Positions 1 to 9,466 of a stretch of 64,000 nt of DNA are shown piece after piece. A program made the translations under genes and the position numbers. The first letter of the stretch is position 1, and each line of letters begins with the position of its first letter. Under the pieces are notes generated by a model. The model ran no database searches. It was given only the letters and a program-made list of their open reading frames with translations, and was not told the origin of the DNA. Location: assembly GCA_965213675.1 (NCBI GenBank), contig OZ243916.1:352001-416000 (forward strand), in the 5' to 3' direction. Source of the DNA: an uncultured Candidatus Binatia bacterium (lineage in GTDB: Bacteria; Desulfobacterota; Binatia; UBA9968; JAJDTQ01).

Positions 1-174
1 AAGTTTCCCGGAAACGCCTCTCAAGCCTGGAAACATGGCGTTATGAGCCATCACTTCTGGCTGCTTGCGCATCAAGGGGGTAGGGGCTATTTTCGATCCC
101 GAGTGTTCCGAAGCTATCCGAGTTTTCCGTTGGCGGTCGGTGGATGGACCGGCTGCCGGCGAAGGAGTTACGCA

Positions 175-948
175 ATGAAGCTGTCAAGAGTTCTTCTGCA
201 GGTCCTTTTCGTGTGGGTCACAATCCTGGTGGCAGCAGCCGCCGTCCACGCCCAGGCCATGAAGATCACCACCGCGGAGGTGGCCTACGACGAGGGCAAC
301 GCCAAGGTCAAGGGCTATCTCGCCAAGCCCGCGGACAAGCAGGCGCGGCCCGGACTGATCCTGATCCACGAGTGGTGGGGGCTGAACGACAACATCCGCG
401 AGAACGCGCGCGCGTTCGCCGAGCTGGGTTACGTAGCCCTGGCGGTGGACCTCTACAACGGCGAGGTGGCGACCACGCCGGAGGGTGCGCGCAAGCTTGC
501 CGGCGGCGTGCGCAAGAACACGGAGGCGGCGTTCGCCAACCTGAAACAGGCGGTGAGCTATCTGAGCGGGCTCACTGGAGAAGTGGACCCCGCGCGCATC
601 GCCTCGGTGGGGTGGTGTTTCGGCGGCGGCTGGTCATATCAGTTGGCCAAGAACGATCTCGGAGTCAAGGCGTCGGTGATCTACTACGGCCGCTTCAACC
701 CGGCCGACGACCTGAGCCGCATGCGCGCCACCATCCTCGGGCACTTCGGCGAGACCGACCGGGGCATCAAGGTGGACAACGTCCGCGAGTTCCAGGCGAA
801 GCTCAAGACCCTCCAGGGCGACCACATGGTCTTCATCTATCCCAACGCGGGACATGCCTTCGCCAACGCTGACAGCCGCAACTACGACAAGGCGGCGGCC
901 GAGACGGCCTGGAAGCGGACCATGGAGTTCTTTCAGAAACACCTCTAA
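175..948 (+). CDS. Dienelactone hydrolase family protein with N-terminal signal peptide
   Basis: HEWWGLN motif, G-W-C-F-G-G nucleophile elbow, GHAF His motif; AAGGAG RBS before ATG 175; hydrophobic N-terminus ending AVHA. Confidence 0.9.
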   Translation: MKLSRVLLQVLFVWVTILVAAAAVHAQAMKITTAEVAYDEGNAKVKGYLAKPADKQARPGLILIHEWWGLNDNIRENARAFAELGYVALAVDLYNGEVATTPEGARKLAGGVRKNTEAAFANLKQAVSYLSGLTGEVDPARIASVGWCFGGGWSYQLAKNDLGVKASVIYYGRFNPADDLSRMRATILGHFGETDRGIKVDNVREFQAKLKTLQGDHMVFIYPNAGHAFANADSRNYDKAAAETAWKRTMEFFQKHL

Positions 949-1041
949 GTGCCCGTCGGATTGGGTCCAGGGCAGCGGCGACCGGCCGTTCGCCCCGACG
1001 GAGGGCTCGGATGGAATGGTGAAACGCGTGCCAATCGCTGT

Positions 1042-1564
1042 GCCGTTCGTCCTGAGCGTAGCGGCGCGCCGGCGCCGCAAGCCCGGAGGGCGTCGGAACC
1101 AGGCGCAGATTCCCGGCGGAGAGAGGAGATCGACATGGCGCGTATTCGTCACATCGCCATACTCACGGACGACAAGGAGAAGCTGGTGGAATATTACACC
1201 AGCGTGTTCGGGCTCAAGGTGGTCCAGGGCGTGGGCACGGCCACCTACCTGTCGGACGGGCACGTGAATCTGGCCATCATCCCCAAGGCGCCGGAGGAGG
1301 CGGTGGAGGGGCGCGCGCTGGACAGCGGCCTCAATCACATCGGCTTCGAGGTGGACGACGTGCCGGCATTGAAGTCGGTGTCGGACCGGATGGGAGCGGC
1401 GGACGACGTGAGGAAGAGGCCGCCTGATCGCGAGGCGGAATACCGGGTGCAGGACCCGGACGGCAATTTGATCGACCTGTCGCAACACGGCTGGCCGGTG
1501 TGAGCGTGGCCAGCGTCCTTCGGCTTCGTTCCGCTGGCGCTCCACGACGCTCAGGACCAACGGC
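1042..1564. repeat. Pair of ~50-bp imperfect inverted REP-like repeats (1042-1092 / 1514-1564) flanking the VOC gene; further partial copies at ~1610-1640 and ~7900-7975
   Basis: GCCGTTCGTCCTGAGCGTAGCGGCGCGCC versus the reverse complement of GGCGCTCCACGACGCTCAGGACCAACGGC. Confidence 0.65.
1135..1503 (+). CDS. VOC/glyoxalase family protein
   Basis: RIRHIAI, GLNHIGFEVDD and DPDGNLIDL motifs; GAGGAG RBS. Confidence 0.9.
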   Translation: MARIRHIAILTDDKEKLVEYYTSVFGLKVVQGVGTATYLSDGHVNLAIIPKAPEEAVEGRALDSGLNHIGFEVDDVPALKSVSDRMGAADDVRKRPPDREAEYRVQDPDGNLIDLSQHGWPV

Positions 1565-1755
1565 GGTGGAACTCATCGAACCTCCGTTCGTTCCCGCTCC
1601 TTCACCGGCGGCGCTCCACGACGCTCAGGACCAACCGGGGTGGAAGGGTCTTTCCGCCGTTTGTCGGGAGCCCTTCGACAGATTCAGGACTCGCTTGGCG
1701 AAGGGGAGTCCAAGGACGATGTTTTCTCGACGGTTGACTGTCATGGAGACCTTGT

Positions 1756-4338
1756 ATGGCTGAACAGGAACGGGTGCTGCTGCCCGACGACGTTTGTCCC
1801 GAACGTTATGACATAACCCTCAGACCCGATCTCGAACGTTTTACCTTCGGTGGCAGTGAGACCGTCACAATCGACGTGCGCTCCGCCACCCGGCGCATCG
1901 TGCTGCACGCCACCGAGCTGGAGCTGCACTCGGTGGCGCTGGAGCGGGACGGGGCGTCGTTCGTGCCCGAGCGCATCGAGACCGACGACGAGGAGGAGAC
2001 CGTCGCGTTCGTATTCGACGGCCCGCTCGAACCGGGACCGGCCCGGCTGCGCATCGAATTCACAGGACAATTGAACGACAAGATGCACGGGTTCTACCGC
2101 GGCGTCTACCACGTGGACGGTGAGCAACGGATCATGGCCGTGACCCAGTTCGAAGCCACCGACGCCCGGCGCGCGTTCCCGTGCTGGGACGAGCCCGCGC
2201 GCAAGGCCGTGTTCGCGGTGACGCTGGTGGTGCCGGAGGACCGGGTGGCGGTGTCGAACATGCCGCCGGGCGAAGTGACGCTGGGCGACGACGGACTCAA
2301 AACCGTGCGGTTCGCCGAAACCCCGGTGATGTCCACGTATCTGCTGGCCTTCGTCGTGGGCGAGTTCGATTACGTTGAGACCCGGACCGCGGAAGGCGTG
2401 ACCGTTCGGGTGTACACGCCGCTGGGGCGGCAAGAACAGGGGCGGTTCGCGCTGGACGTGGCCGCCCGTACGCTGTCCTTCTTCCATGGTTACTTCGGCA
2501 TCGCGTATCCGCTGCCCAAGATGGACCTGCTGGCCATCCCGGACTTTGCCGCCGGGGCCATGGAGAACTGGGGTGCCGTGACCTATCGCGAGACCGCCAT
2601 TCTCGTGGACCCCGAGGAATCGTCCGCGGGGACGCGCCAGCGGGTGGCCATCATCGTGGCGCACGAGCTGGCGCACCAATGGTTCGGCAACCTGGTCACC
2701 ATGGAGTGGTGGACGCACCTGTGGCTCAACGAGGGGTTCGCGTCGTGGATCGAGTTCATGGCCGTGGACCACCTGTTTCCCGAGTGGGACATGTGGACGC
2801 AGTTCGTCTACACCGACCTGGGCCGCGCCTTCTCCCTGGACGGACTCAAGAGTTCGCATCCCATCGAGGTGGAGGTGCGAAGCCCCAAGCAGATCAGCGA
2901 GATCTTCGACGGCATCAGCTACAGCAAGGGCGCCTCGGTGATCCGCATGCTGGCCGCCTTTCTCGGCGCCGAGACGTTCCGGCGCGGGCTGCAACGTTAT
3001 CTGGAACGGCATCAATACGGCAACGCCACCACCGAGGATCTATGGCAAGCCTTGGCGGAGGAGTCCGGGCAGCCGGTGAAGCGGATCATGGACACGTGGA
3101 CCAAACAGACCGGTTACCCGCTCCTGACCGTGGACGCCGCCGGAGGCGAAGTGGCGCTGCGCCAGACGCGCTTCTTCCTGAGCGGCGTCCCGGATCGCAG
3201 CGACCCCAGCCGGTGGTCGGTGCCGGTGGGAATCCGCTCCGAGGGGACACCGGACACGTTTCAGGTGTTTGAGGGGGAGCGCGCGAAGATGGAGGCGGGC
3301 GGCGGCCGCGCCGGCTGGCTCAAGCTCAACCCGGACCAGACCGGCTTCTATCGCAGCAATTACAGCGCGGGGTTGTGGGACAGGCTGGGCGCGGCGGTGG
3401 AGGCACGTGAATTGGCATCGGCGCGAGACCGCTTGGGCCTTCAGAACGACGCCTTCGCACTGGCGCGCGCCGGTTACCTGGACCCGTGCCGGCCGCTGGC
3501 GCTGGCGCCGGCCTATCGCAACGAAACGGACTACACGGTGTGGGCGGACCTGTCCGAGAATCTCCGGGCCTACGACGTGCTGCTTTCGAATCAGCCGTAT
3601 CACGATTCGTTCCGTTCGTTCGCGCGCAGCTTGTACCAGCCAATCTACGGAAGTCTGGGATGGGACGTCCGGCCGGGCGAGAGCCACTTGACGCGCCTGC
3701 TTCGGCCTTTGGTGATCGGCATCCTGGCTCGCTACGCAGACCCCGTGGTGGCCGAAGAAGCCCTGCGCCGGTTCGACGAGGGGAGACGCGCCGGGACGCC
3801 GGTGGCGCCGGACGTGCGCGGGGCGGTGTACGGCCAGGTGGTGGAGCGGCGCGGCGCCGAGGGGTACGACGCGGTGCTGCGCGTCTACCGTGAAGCCGAC
3901 CTTCACGAAGAAAAGAACCGCTGCCTGCGTGCGTTGGGCTGCAGCGCCGACAAGGATCTCCTGCGGCGCACGCTGAAGTTCTCCTTGTCCGACGAGGTGC
4001 GCGGACAGGATACTCCGCTGGCCGTGGCGGGCGTCGCCACGAACCCATTGGGACGCGACCTCGCCTGGGACTTCCTGCGCGAGAACTGGCAAGAGTTCGA
4101 CGCCCGCTACGGGCAGGGCGGGTTCATCATCGCGCGCATCGTGTCCATCGCCACCGAAGACTTCACCACCCTGGAAAAGGCCGCCGAGGTGGAGGCGTTC
4201 TTCGAGTCGCATCCGGCGCCGGCGGCCACGCGCACCATACGTCAGTCCCTGGAACGGATCCGCTCCAACGCCTTGTGGCTCGAGCGCGACGGCGACGTCA
4301 TTGCCGGGTGGTTGGGGGCGTACTCGCCGCCGGCGTGA
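1756..4338 (+). CDS. M1 family zinc aminopeptidase (puromycin-sensitive/ERAP1-C type)
   Basis: TQFEATDARRAFPCWDEP, GAMENWG, HELAH...LWLNEGFA (HEXXH-18-E), YSKG; long helical C-terminal domain. Confidence 0.95.
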   Translation: MAEQERVLLPDDVCPERYDITLRPDLERFTFGGSETVTIDVRSATRRIVLHATELELHSVALERDGASFVPERIETDDEEETVAFVFDGPLEPGPARLRIEFTGQLNDKMHGFYRGVYHVDGEQRIMAVTQFEATDARRAFPCWDEPARKAVFAVTLVVPEDRVAVSNMPPGEVTLGDDGLKTVRFAETPVMSTYLLAFVVGEFDYVETRTAEGVTVRVYTPLGRQEQGRFALDVAARTLSFFHGYFGIAYPLPKMDLLAIPDFAAGAMENWGAVTYRETAILVDPEESSAGTRQRVAIIVAHELAHQWFGNLVTMEWWTHLWLNEGFASWIEFMAVDHLFPEWDMWTQFVYTDLGRAFSLDGLKSSHPIEVEVRSPKQISEIFDGISYSKGASVIRMLAAFLGAETFRRGLQRYLERHQYGNATTEDLWQALAEESGQPVKRIMDTWTKQTGYPLLTVDAAGGEVALRQTRFFLSGVPDRSDPSRWSVPVGIRSEGTPDTFQVFEGERAKMEAGGGRAGWLKLNPDQTGFYRSNYSAGLWDRLGAAVEARELASARDRLGLQNDAFALARAGYLDPCRPLALAPAYRNETDYTVWADLSENLRAYDVLLSNQPYHDSFRSFARSLYQPIYGSLGWDVRPGESHLTRLLRPLVIGILARYADPVVAEEALRRFDEGRRAGTPVAPDVRGAVYGQVVERRGAEGYDAVLRVYREADLHEEKNRCLRALGCSADKDLLRRTLKFSLSDEVRGQDTPLAVAGVATNPLGRDLAWDFLRENWQEFDARYGQGGFIIARIVSIATEDFTTLEKAAEVEAFFESHPAPAATRTIRQSLERIRSNALWLERDGDVIAGWLGAYSPPA

Positions 4339-4473
4339 CTGGAGCAAGGCCGGCGTGAGCATCGGACGCGGCTCGGTCCGAAACAGGCGGCCATCTCGCA
4401 GGTGACCGTCAACGCGGTGGAACACCGGCCGCCGGGGGTCGGGGTCGGCCCCATGAGGAGAGGGAGAATATTC

Positions 4474-5334
4474 ATGTCAGCAAATGCGGAGCTTCTATCG
4501 TTCACCACCGCCGACGGCGAGACCCTGCATGGGCTCCTGTTCAGTGCGGACGCGTCGCCGCGCCCCGACCTCGCGCTGATCCTGATTCACGGGGTCGCCA
4601 TGAGCTTCTACACCGGTCCGCTCCCCGTGTTCGCCGAGGCCTTGGCCGGCCGCGGCCACCATGCCTTTTCCATCAATTGCCGTGGCCACGACTGGATCGC
4701 CCGGGGCGGCGACCTCACAGCCTTCCGGGGCGCCGCCTACGAGAACTTCGAGGACTGCGTGCTGGACATCGATGCCGCCATCCACCGGCTGAAGCAAGCG
4801 GGTTTCGCCCGCTTCGTGCTTGTGGGGCACAGCCTGGGTTCGGTCAAATCGCTCTACTACCAGGGCACGCGGCAGCGCCGCGACATCGCCGGCGTCATCT
4901 CGTGCTCCGCGCCCAAGCAGTACTATGCCGCGCGCGCCGGGGAAGACTCGGAATTCGAGGGGCGCATGGCCGAGGCGGAACGCCAGGTAGCAGCGGGTCA
5001 GGGCGAGGAATTTCTGTGGGCGCCCGCCAGCGGCGCCGCCGGGCTTTTCACGTACCGAACCTACGTCAGCAAGTATGGCCGCCACGAGACCAACGACGTG
5101 CGCCCTCACGCAGCCAGGCTTGGCTGTCCGCTCCTGGTAACCGCTGGCGAGATCGAGGCCCCCTATTTCCGTGAATACGCGCGCGAGCTGACCGAATCAG
5201 CCGGGGCCGACAACTGCACCTGCATCATCGTCCCCGGCGCCAACCACTTCTACGCCGGCTGCGAAGCCTTCATGGTCGACGCCTTGGACGACTGGCTGAA
5301 CAAGTCCGAAACGATGTGGGCATCGGGCAGGTAA
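4474..5334 (+). CDS. Alpha/beta hydrolase
   Basis: IHG oxyanion motif, GHSLG nucleophile, PGANH His; start codon uncertain. Confidence 0.85.
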   Translation: MSANAELLSFTTADGETLHGLLFSADASPRPDLALILIHGVAMSFYTGPLPVFAEALAGRGHHAFSINCRGHDWIARGGDLTAFRGAAYENFEDCVLDIDAAIHRLKQAGFARFVLVGHSLGSVKSLYYQGTRQRRDIAGVISCSAPKQYYAARAGEDSEFEGRMAEAERQVAAGQGEEFLWAPASGAAGLFTYRTYVSKYGRHETNDVRPHAARLGCPLLVTAGEIEAPYFREYARELTESAGADNCTCIIVPGANHFYAGCEAFMVDALDDWLNKSETMWASGR

Positions 5335-5377
5335 CGCATCGGAGTTCGACGGGTTCGGCGGGTAATTCGGGGATCGG

Positions 5378-5449
5378 CGGGAGGACTCGGCAGACGTCCG
5401 TGAACGCCTCGTCGCTCATGTTCGGCGATATCAGGCCGATGCGTTTCAT
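5378..5449 (-). pseudogene. 5' fragment of a gene (MKRIGLISPNMSDEAFTDVCRVLP), resembling Asp/Glu racemase/maleate isomerase N-termini
   Basis: GGAGAGG RBS and ATG just downstream of the ABM gene; the frame degenerates after ~24 codons and collides with the convergent hydrolase. Confidence 0.4.
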
Positions 5450-5508
5450 GCGCCTCTCCGTGTTCGCAAGGGCGCTGCTGTTCACGGGCCGGGCGGCGGG
5501 TCCCCGTC

Positions 5509-5826
5509 CTACACGTTGCCCAGGGACAGCAGCGAGAGGGATTTCACCTCGAAATCCTTGACCCAGTACTCGCCGGTGTACATGCCCGAGGCCCCGTTGG
5601 CGATGTCGGCCCGGGCCTCGCTCGCGACGTATCGCTGCATGTCCTCTTGCGTTTCCCAGTAGGTCAGGGAGATCCCTTCATCGGGGTTCTCGGAACTGCG
5701 CAGCAGTTGGCGTCCGCGGAAGCCCTGCATGTTGGCCGTGGCCGGAACCACCACCTCGTTATAGTAATGTTCGTATTCGGCCCACTTGCCGAGTCGAAGC
5801 TTGCCCCAGAAAATTCTGCAAACCAT
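5509..5826 (-). CDS. Antibiotic biosynthesis monooxygenase (ABM) family protein
   Basis: 105 aa with GFRGRQLLRS...ISLTYWET pattern; AGGAGG RBS. Confidence 0.8.
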   Translation of the reverse strand: MVCRIFWGKLRLGKWAEYEHYYNEVVVPATANMQGFRGRQLLRSSENPDEGISLTYWETQEDMQRYVASEARADIANGASGMYTGEYWVKDFEVKSLSLLSLGNV

Positions 5827-6001
5827 GTTGTCCTCCTGAACTCTTGGTTCGAGTTGGCTGAAGGCGCGCGTTCACGCCGCGTCCTGGCGGATAACGGATG
5901 CCACTCGCCACATTGTGACCCGAACGCGCGGGGCTCGCAATCATGAAACCTGGAGAAGCGGGATCATGCCACCCCCGACAGGCGCAGCGGTGAACTCCGG
6001 C

Positions 6002-7756
6002 TCAGCCGGCCGGATTGCGGCAGATGACGTTGAGCAGGGCTTGGCGCCCCTCTACCTTGACGGCCTTGAGGCCGCGTTCCAGCGCGGCCGGCAGCTCCGC
6101 GGGATCGTCCACGCGCTCGGCCCAGGCGCCGCACGCTTGAGCCGTCAGCTCGAATTGCGGCGACGGCGTCAGGTCCGTGCCCGGAAAGTTCCTTGTCTGG
6201 TGGGCGACGCCGTCGGGGTACAGTTCGCGCACGGTGCTGAGCGTCGCGTTCCAGGCTTGGTTGTTGTAGATGACCGTGAGAAACGGCACCCGGTACTTCT
6301 GCGCGGTGAAGTGGCAAGCGGTGGGCACGCAGAACATGTAGGAGCCGTCGCCCTCGCAGGCGATGACGGTGTGGTCCGGCGCGGCCAGCTTGGCGCCGAT
6401 GGCCGCGCCCATGCCCCAGCCCAGGTGGCCGGCAGGGGCTTGGTCGAAGAACGATCCGGGACGCTCCATTCCCAGCACCGGCCCCAGCGGCGAGGTCACG
6501 GCCTCGCCCATGACGATGGTTTTCTCGTCCACCACGTCGGCGATGCAGCGCGACACCCACAGGGGATGGATGGGGCGCTCGTTCCTGACCTTCTGGATGC
6601 GCGCCGCAAGTTCGGCGCGGTTGGCGTCGTGGGCAGCCTGTATGCGCGTTCGCCGAGCCTCCACGTGGCTCCGCTGGGCGTCCGAGCCGTCCAGCGCCTC
6701 CCGGATCAGGCCGTTCAGCACCGGCAGGGTCACGTCGGACGCCCCGGTCATGGCGCGGTCCACCGGGAAGCCCCACACCGGTATAGAGGAGAACAGCGGG
6801 TCCACCTCCAGTTGCAGCACGGTGGCGTCGGCACGCAGGTTGTCGCGTGTGGCCGGTGTCCACGGCACGTCGACGTCAATGAGGAAGATCACGTCCGCAT
6901 TCTTTACGCGACCGGGGACATCGTGGCCGGCATGGCACGGGTGGCTCGACGGGAAGTTCATGTAGGGCGACTGTGGGTGCTGCACCACCGGAATCGCCAG
7001 CAGCTCGGCCAACTCCACCAGCGGCGCCACCGCCGCTGGCGTCTTGCCCAGATAGCGGGTCACAATCACCGGCTCGGCCGCGCCCGCGAGTACGTCCGCG
7101 GCCTGTCGCAGGTCGTCCATGGGGGTCTGGATCTTGCTCGGCGGCGTGAACGCGTCCGCGGACACCCGCGTGGACTCCATGGTCTCGTACAGCCATTCCC
7201 GCGGCAGCGACAGATATACCGGCCCGCGCGGCTCGGCCATGGCGATCTTGAAGGCGCGCGGCACGATGGTGCCGAGCTGCTCGTTGGCGCGGTTCTCGTA
7301 GTCCCACTTCACGAACTCGCGCACGATGCCGCCCTGGTCGCGGGATTCCTGGCGCCAGTGGATGTGCCGGCTCTTGCCCCCCGCCACCTCGCCCTCGGTG
7401 ACCGGCGTGCGCCCGGCCACGAACAGCATCGGCACCTGGCACGCCTTGGCGTTCATGAGCCCGCCGAGCCCATTGGCCGTGCCCGGAAGCGTGTGCACCA
7501 GCACCACCTGCGGCTTGCCCGATGCGCAGTAGTATCCGTGGGCCATGGACACCGCCGCCTGCTCGTGGGGCACGACGAGGATCTCCGCGCCCCTGGACTC
7601 GCTGCGATGCATCTTCGCCAGCGCTTCCAGGATCGGCCCGTGATCCGTCCCGGTGTTGGCGAATATGTAATCCACGTCGGGATTGGCGTTGATCTGCGCC
7701 AGAAAGGCTTCGGCCCCGTTGCTCACGGCCACATCTTCGAATACAGGTGCCGGCAT
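6002..7756 (-). CDS. Thiamine pyrophosphate-requiring enzyme
   Basis: PHEQAAVSMAHGY (catalytic Glu), GDGSYMF...NNQAW ThDP-binding motif. Confidence 0.92.
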   Translation of the reverse strand: MPAPVFEDVAVSNGAEAFLAQINANPDVDYIFANTGTDHGPILEALAKMHRSESRGAEILVVPHEQAAVSMAHGYYCASGKPQVVLVHTLPGTANGLGGLMNAKACQVPMLFVAGRTPVTEGEVAGGKSRHIHWRQESRDQGGIVREFVKWDYENRANEQLGTIVPRAFKIAMAEPRGPVYLSLPREWLYETMESTRVSADAFTPPSKIQTPMDDLRQAADVLAGAAEPVIVTRYLGKTPAAVAPLVELAELLAIPVVQHPQSPYMNFPSSHPCHAGHDVPGRVKNADVIFLIDVDVPWTPATRDNLRADATVLQLEVDPLFSSIPVWGFPVDRAMTGASDVTLPVLNGLIREALDGSDAQRSHVEARRTRIQAAHDANRAELAARIQKVRNERPIHPLWVSRCIADVVDEKTIVMGEAVTSPLGPVLGMERPGSFFDQAPAGHLGWGMGAAIGAKLAAPDHTVIACEGDGSYMFCVPTACHFTAQKYRVPFLTVIYNNQAWNATLSTVRELYPDGVAHQTRNFPGTDLTPSPQFELTAQACGAWAERVDDPAELPAALERGLKAVKVEGRQALLNVICRNPAG

Positions 7757-8232
7757 GTTCGCGTTCTCCGTTGGTCCGGAACGGCCGCCAAGCGCGGGGC
7801 AGGAAGCTGCGCCGTGGAACTGCGCCATGGAGGTATGGCGTCTTTCGACTTCGTCCCGCTTCGCTCAACACGAAGCGTGAAGCGCTCGCCTGTCGCCAAC
7901 CCGTTCGTCCTGAACCCTTGGACAAGCTTGCCGAAGTGCCCAGGACAGGCTTCTCGCAGCGAGGCCGAAGGACGCCAGGAAACTAACAACCGCGTCGCCG
8001 GCATGTCAAACCAAGGATAGGGGGCAGGTGATATATGAGAGTTTGTGTCACGGGGAGAGGAGGGGGTACTCCGGTGGGTTAACTGAGGTGGTCCCACTTC
8101 GTAGGACAGTTAGGCGGCAGGCGCTGGGCGCAAAACCTCCTCCGTCAACGAGAGGGAACCGGTTAGCCCCAGGGGCTGGTGATAACATCGGCCTGGCACG
8201 CGTCACTCATGCTGCATCGTTGATTCCTCCGA

Positions 8233-8261
8233 TTGGTATCTGTACCGGCATGCGGTACAGA
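8233..8261 (+). promoter_or_regulatory. Putative higBA promoter overlapped by palindromic operator CTGTACCG-GCATG-CGGTACAG (8240-8260)
   Basis: Perfect 8-bp arms; TTGGTA-17-TACAGA ends 5 nt before the toxin ATG, suggesting a leaderless mRNA. Confidence 0.6.
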
Positions 8262-8266
8262 ACGTC

Positions 8267-8545
8267 ATGATCCGAAGCTTCCGTCATCGAGGGCTCCGGC
8301 GGATGTATGAGCGCGGAGATGTGACCAGGGTGGGGTCCAATCTCTCCGAGCGTATCACGCTGGCGCTGGCCGATCTCGACGATGCGCGCAAGCCTTCGGA
8401 CCTCGACCTGGCCGGCTACCGGCTTCACCCGCCTAAAGGCGATCTCAAGGGGTACTGGAGCATCTCGATCTCTGGAAACTGGCGAGTGACATTTCGAATC
8501 GAGGACGGTGACGCTTACGACGTTGACCTGACCGGCTACCACTAA
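8267..8545 (+). CDS. higB: HigB-like (RelE/ParE superfamily) toxin
   Basis: [10 protein letters not shown]...[25 protein letters not shown] signature; toxin-first gene order. Confidence 0.9.
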   Translation: MIRSFRHRGLRRMYERGDVTRVGSNLSERITLALADLDDARKPSDLDLAGYRLHPPKGDLKGYWSISISGNWRVTFRIEDGDAYDVDLTGYH

Positions 8546-8552
8546 TGGAGGC

Positions 8553-8855
8553 ATGAGCATGGCGATGATCGATCCTCCGCATCCCGGACGCAGCATCCGC
8601 GAGAACTGTCTGGAACCGCTCGGCTTGAGCGTGACCGAAGCGGCGCGGGTGCTGGGCGTCGCCCGTCACACCTTGTCCCGGGTTCTCAACGGCCACGCGG
8701 CAATCTCTCCGGAGATGGCGCTCCGGCTGGAGAAGGCGGGTTGGTCGAATGCCGAGTTCTGGCTGCGACGCCAGACTACCTACGATCTTGTGCAGGTGCG
8801 CAAGGACCAGGACCGGATCCATGTCCAAAGATACCGGCCGCAGCAAGCGGTGTGA
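8553..8855 (+). CDS. higA: HigA family antitoxin (Xre HTH)
   Basis: PPHPG...[23 protein letters not shown]...ISPEMALRL...FWLRRQ..YD. Confidence 0.92.
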   Translation: MSMAMIDPPHPGRSIRENCLEPLGLSVTEAARVLGVARHTLSRVLNGHAAISPEMALRLEKAGWSNAEFWLRRQTTYDLVQVRKDQDRIHVQRYRPQQAV

Positions 8856-9026
8856 GGCCTCCGACTGAGGTGGTCCCGGAAAAACGGACAGGTAGCTAAG
8901 GTGTATTCCACCGACTGAAGGAGGGTGGCCTTCCCCGGGATTGGTGGAGAGGTTGGTTAACCCATCAGAGTAGCCCCCCTTTCCCCCTGACACAAACTCT
9001 CATACATCACCGGGCCAAGAACCATG

Positions 9027-9055
9027 TTGACCGGGTTTCCGAATCGGCCTATGCT
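9027..9055 (+). promoter_or_regulatory. Sigma70-type promoter for ligAB
   Basis: TTGACC-17 nt-TATGCT, ~47 nt upstream of the ATG. Confidence 0.55.
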
Positions 9056-9102
9056 CGGCGTTTTCCACTGGGCCAAACGGCTGTTTTTCAGGGGGATGGA
9101 CC

Positions 9103-9465
9103 ATGAGCGGGACACGGGACGGGCTGCAGAGGATTGATGGCACCTACGTCTTTGACGGTGCTCGGTCGAGCAAGGGGTACCGTCTCAACAAGTTCTTCTT
9201 TTCCCTCAACCGGGCCGGGAACCGGGCGGTCTACAAGGAGGACCCCGAGGCGTTGATGGATCGTTTCGGGCTGTCGGACTGGGAGAAGGAGAAGCTGCGC
9301 GCGAAGGATTGGCTGGCGCTGGGGCGGGAGGGCGGGGCCAATATCTATTTCATGTACAAGATGGGCTCGGTGACGGGCGACAGCCTGCAGCACATCGGCG
9401 CGGCGTTCCGAGGCGAGACGCTGGAGGAATTCCTGAGCACGCGCAAGGTCAAGGGAGCGAGATAG
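9103..9465 (+). CDS. ligA: Protocatechuate 4,5-dioxygenase-like alpha subunit
   Basis: GTYVFDGARSSKGYRLNKFFFSL...GANIYFMYK; adjacent to a LigB gene. Confidence 0.85.
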   Translation: MSGTRDGLQRIDGTYVFDGARSSKGYRLNKFFFSLNRAGNRAVYKEDPEALMDRFGLSDWEKEKLRAKDWLALGREGGANIYFMYKMGSVTGDSLQHIGAAFRGETLEEFLSTRKVKGAR

Positions 9466-9466
9466 C

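Larger units (their letters stand above)
8027..9011. mobile_element. Non-autonomous element bounded by ~56-bp imperfect terminal inverted repeats (8027-8083 / 8956-9011) carrying higBA
   Basis: GGTGATATATGAGAGTTTGTGTCA versus the reverse complement of TGACACAAACTCTCATACATCACC (23/24), with similarity continuing to GGGTTAAC; no transposase inside; no clear target duplication. Confidence 0.75.
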
